From Psammoneis japonica (lineage: Eukaryota), in NCBI GenBank assembly GCA_008632985.1, contig QPGO01000235.1, positions 1 to 64,000 of the forward strand: a DNA stretch of 64,000 nt, read 5' to 3'. How positions within the stretch are numbered: position 1 is the first letter of the stretch; every line of letters starts with the position of its first letter. This document shows positions 59,452 through 64,000 of this stretch, piece by piece. Position numbers and translations under genes: made by a program. The notes beneath the pieces are model-generated. The model searched no databases. It saw only the letters and a program-made list of their open reading frames with translations, and was not told the origin of the DNA.

Positions 59452-61525
59452 TTATCCTTCAGCTTCAACAACTGTCAGTTTCGACAGCTTGACCAATCCC
59501 TCAATCGATTGAGCGGCGGTATTTCCAATCAAGGTTTCGACATTGCTGGAAAATTCCTTGTAATCCAGATAGAGTTGAAGCTTTACCTTTTCGCCATCAC
59601 TCGTGCCTCCCGAAGAAACGCCCCGTCTAGCTCGGCGATTCCGAAGGGCAACTTCGGTTCGTTCCACCGTTGCCAGCAACTCCTCCACAGCTACGCTGTA
59701 GCGAAGTGCAACTGTGGAAATAACTGCAACTTTCCAATTGCTCCCGACGTGGGGGGGGTTGTCCGATTGTCAAATTCTGTCACAAACTCCGAGAGCGGTC
59801 TCAGAACCATGGAGACAAACGGGGAAGCTTTGGTTGGCGGAGGACGATTTGTCATGCGGTAAGTAGCACCGACGCCCTTGACAGCGGCCAATGGACCACA
59901 GCATTTGGAGGTTAAAATGTCTACAATGACAGTGTTCAAGCACTTGCCAACAAGTGCACCGATAGGCTCGGCTGCTTCCGTCAATACTTGGGAAACGAGT
60001 TGGCGAATCTCGTCCTTGTTTGCGGAATCGTCCTCCGAGATTGCCTCACACACGGTATCAACATAATCATGCGTGAGACTCGTCCCCAACACAGTCAAGT
60101 CCCACGCAACCACGGCTACATCGCGAGGGTTCTCTGCCCAGTAATAAGGCTCGCGTACGACGGCAGTGGACGAAGAATCCCCATTCATGACACCATTGGC
60201 GGCCCCCCCATCCTCTTGCTCGCTTTCTTCTGCTTCTTGCCCAAACTGGATTTTCTTGTCGAGTCCATCTTGACAAAAGACAATCATGCGTCCCACCAAC
60301 TGGACTGCACCGCGCAAGAATCGATGAGACAAGGGCCGGATAATCACGTCGGGTCTCCATAGACACAAGAGAATATCGTAAAGCTCCATAAAGACTGGCA
60401 GTTCCAGTCCCATGGTGTCACGCATGCGTTCGGCATCACTGGGAGAACCGGTTAACACCATGGACGTTTCCCAGCCTTGCCCAACTTGCACGCTGTCCAT
60501 GGCCGTGTTGAGTCGTTTGCACGTCTCGCCAAAGCGTAGCTGATAGTAAATGGGCAAGTTCCACTTTTTCGAAAAGTCACTGGTAATGGCATGACGATAA
60601 ATGCGTTGCTGAGCTTTCTGAATCATGTCGGGCGTCAAGTTTGGTTGAAAATACAAATCTTGCAAACACGTCACTTGCTTCTTCTCTTGTGGTTGCTCTT
60701 CCTCCTTGGTGGTATCTTGAAGCAACCGTGTGGCTAGTTTCGAGAGGAAGGAATCCAATGCGGAATAGTTTGCCTGCGAAATCGTGTCGGAATGTAATTG
60801 TTAGCCCACTTGATCAAAAAACCTACACATCTTATTCGCCATTTCCAATTTACACACGCACTCACCTGCAAGACACTGGCAATGCCGTGTGAAAATATGA
60901 CCATTTTGATTCCGGGATCTGCCATGAGTGTCGTGGCAATGGGACCCAAACACCCTCGGTGACCAAATCGACACCACTCAGCGCCATGGCCTCGGACAGT
61001 TGTAAAATGGAACCATAACTGGTGGTAATGATTTGGGCCACCTCGTCCAACAAGGCGGGCAAGCCGGCGCATTCGCCCCTTCCGCCTCCTTGGTCCAGCA
61101 TTCCCATGGACACTTTGAAACGAATGCAGGGCCTAATAGCGAATTTGAAAGAACGCTATAGTCAGGAGGCAATAGCGGAAGAGCATCAACAAAAATCAAT
61201 TCAAATCAAAAATGACTTACATGATTGCCACCCGTGCAAAGACGCTCTCGACCTCCTTACCCCGCCCCAATACGGCAAGTCCTCTCATGCAGTGCCCAAA
61301 CATCAAGAGATCCTGAAACAAAGCACGTTGTTGTGTGTAAGGCAAACACTTAGCTTCCACAATTACACAATCGTTGACAGCATATACTAGAGAGACTCAC
61401 CTCTCTGCTCGAGCCCTCCTTGTCATGCACACTTTGCAACAATGTCTCCAATCGATGTGTGAGACACGCAATCACATTGGTTCCAAAGGTGCGAATCCGT
61501 GGAGCGAGTAGAACGCGTGTTGCCA
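59452..61525 (-). CDS. COG2: Conserved oligomeric Golgi complex subunit 2 (multi-exon, frameshifted; N-terminus not found in the window)
   Basis: KWNLPIYYQLRF, YRMTNRPPPTKASPFV..LRPL and SDGEKVKLQLYLD. Frameshift in the G-run at about 59751-59758. Minus-strand donor sites at about 60865 and 61400. Confidence 0.8.
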
Positions 61526-61945
61526 TGCGCGGTCACACGTCCCTAAGTAATCTTGATGGTGCGAACTCCGCCGTTAAAGTATATTTAAGGATATACGTGT
61601 TATAGATGTTTTGTCGCCGTCTGTTATCCCCCCTCCATCACGTTTCGCACCCGTCTGTCTTCCCCCCTCCATCACGTTTCGTCTTCAAGGTATGTATTAT
61701 ATATGTACATGGATATTTATAACAGCAAGGTTCTTTCCGTCAGAAGCCCAACGTAGACCTACGTAATACTCAGTACAAAAAATAACGGTGTTCGTACCAC
61801 GCATGGCAAAAGGCTCGCACGTAGATTTGTACTGGAGCTTGTACATCCTGCCTGATAGACTTATAAATCCTTGTCTTGGCCCGAGCGCGCTAGAGGAGGC
61901 ATAACTCGCACGCACGTACAAACAACAAGCTAAAAAAATCGCACA

Positions 61946-64000
61946 ATGGCAGGCACAAAACGCAGAAGCACCGGCGGAAAGAAAAACACCTCTCCACGCA
62001 AAGGAGACAAAAAGAAAAAGGGTAAAGGACAAACAAATGAAACAACTGAAAGATCTCACAATGAGGAAATGAACAACGAAATCAACGGGTGGAATGCCGC
62101 AAAAAGCAACAAGAACTCTCGCACAAATTCCACGCAAAATTCACGCACCAAGGAAGACAACAACAAGGAGGAAAAACTCACACCTGATGACGAAAAACCC
62201 TTTACACGAAGCAGAAAAAACAAAAAGGAGGAGAACTCAAAAGCAATCGCTCCGGCGAAAATTGCAATCACGGAAGAAGATCACATGCATGAAGAATCCT
62301 CCGATGAAGACATCTTTCAACAACTCACAAGCAAGAATCACTCTACAGAATCCGATGAAGAAAACAAATGAGAAATGAATGAACAGGAGTCGCAGCAAAC
62401 CGACACACTGCAAGATGAAGAAATCGAGGAAGAAGCGAATGACAGGGAGTCGCAGCGAATCGACACACCACAAGAAACTGAAGCCACCGACCAAACTGAA
62501 GGAATTCCTTGGTGTCAGTTACGTCACAATGCATTTCTGACCATTCCACCATCCAAAAAGCCTCTGAAAGCAGTGGCCTCCATCCTGAGAGAATCCTTCG
62601 CAACAATGCAAGAGATGCTTGGACAAGACGTTCGGATCGGCACATGGGACCCTGATCTAGAGGATGCTTTTGGTGAACCAACCTCTCCAGAAGACATTCT
62701 GGAAGGATTGGCAAAGGAAAGAGAAATTCTAAGTGCTTTCCTGGGGGTGGACCTCAGCTTGGTTTTGCCGTGTTTTTGAACAAAATTCCCCGGGATTGCC
62801 ACCTTTTACCCTGTTTTTCTACGGAAAGGGTGAATTCCCGGGGAATCGACACAAATTGCCCTTCGTTGTGCATGCACCAAATGCACGAATAAAAAATTGT
62901 GCATTGGCAATTCCCCGTTCTTCCCCTCTTGTACATTTCTACGTGTTCTGCGTGCCGGCATGCACAGAACCACACATCAGAATTGAAAATCAACAATCGC
63001 AACAAAAATGGGCAACACGCCATGGAGCGGCTCGCATCCCATTTATGACGGCTTTTGTCAAACAATGATGACACCAGTCAATCTAGTGAGTGACATTGCG
63101 ATTGACAGCATAAAATGTGAAATGAACAGATTCTTGATAGATTGTGTTTGGAAAAAAAAAGGTGTGTTGATGGATCGTTGCACTCATTCTTTTGTCGTGC
63201 GGTCACAAGTGCAAGCCACACGGCATCCACAGTAAAGTCCAAAGCAAAAGTAGAACTGTCTGTGGCAAATAAAAATGTGGCGGATTGAATGGCCTTGCTT
63301 GTTTTTCCAGTCGACACATCTTGTGTTCAGAATGAAGCGGATCGTTTAGAATCACTGTTGTCGTGCAGCTACAAATGCAAACCATGAGGCATCTAAAGCA
63401 AAGGCTCAGGCAAAAGTGGAACCTCACAAGGCTAATAAAAAATGTGGCAGATTGAGTGTTCATGCTCATTCTTTCCTTTGAACTGTCTCATTTGCAGAAC
63501 ACAGTGCATCGCGCATTCCTTCTTGTGTCGCGTGGTCACAAATGCAAACCACAAGGGCTCTAGAGCAAAGGACAAGGCAAAAATAGAACCTCACACAAGC
63601 AACATTGACACGGCTGATCCAATGGTAAAGTTTCTTCTTTCCTCACTCTGCCACAAGGGGCCGCTTTGTGTCGATGTGTCGATGCAATCATTGTCATCGT
63701 CGCTCGGTCATGGTGATAAAAGCACACCCGCCTAACTGTAATTACCACACATCACCGCATTCCATTCGTTTTTGTTCCCCTCCCCTGAGCCCTTTCAGGC
63801 ATTCCTTCCCGCAAAATTACCCTCATTTCCCGGGATTCCCCCAAAAGGGCAAGGCAACTTCCCCTCACCCTGGCCATTTTGGGGAATCCCCAAATGGGTG
63901 AAACCAAACCAAGGGGTGGACCATCTCAACCCAAGAGTCAACGCCGAACACACAACATGTTGCCAACTTTGTTTCGTCCAGGTGTCAGAAGATTGCAGTC
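61946..64000 (+). pseudogene. Hypermutated TE-like ORF (possibly non-LTR retrotransposon ORF1), interrupted by an insertion and running off the window
   Basis: Low-complexity charged N-terminus, in-frame TGA at 62369, then LRHNAFLTIPPSKKP..IGTWDP. The frame resumes after the insertion (GVD|HLNPRVNAEH). Confidence 0.5.
62753..63913. mobile_element. Non-autonomous TIR element with target-site duplication
   Basis: TSD GGGTGGAC at 62745-62752 and 63914-63921 (a 6- or 10-bp reading is also possible). TIR CTCAGCTTGGTTT versus CTTGGTTTGGTTT. Removing the element restores the host reading frame. Confidence 0.85.

Noticed and set aside
1..64000. Classical fungal RIP, or plain CpG decay, as the full explanation
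   Set aside because: RIP creates TpA and hits linked duplicates, whereas here TpA is lost and host duplicates are spared. CpG decay cannot remove TA.

Overview
Eukaryotic genomic DNA, most likely from a diatom or related stramenopile (inferred from short GT-AG introns, gene families and TE types). The window alternates sharply between two kinds of sequence. (1) Ordinary gene islands: an alpha/beta hydrolase, a GT-A-like protein, two tandem STAND/AAA_16 ATPases, HEATR3/SYO1-like, three paralogous multipass membrane proteins, a RING-type E3-like protein, a DTW-GNAT fusion, an ankyrin protein and COG2. (2) About 27 kb of TE-rich blocks (Kolobok-like, Crypton, piggyBac-type MITEs, LINE-like ORF1, TIR elements, tandem arrays) from which the dinucleotide TpA has been almost erased. 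Comparisons inside the window (a mutated versus an intact paralogue, sister MITE copies, target-site duplications, a decayed (TATAA)n microsatellite, catalytic codons) show directional TpA->TpG/CpA change. It is usually, but not always, accompanied by CpG->TpG/CpA. This looks like a repeat-targeted hypermutation process running opposite to fungal RIP, and it is the main candidate for an undescribed system. A systematic base-calling artefact must still be excluded. Most long His/Cys-rich, Tyr-free ORFs in the ORF track are by-products of losing TAA/TAG stops.
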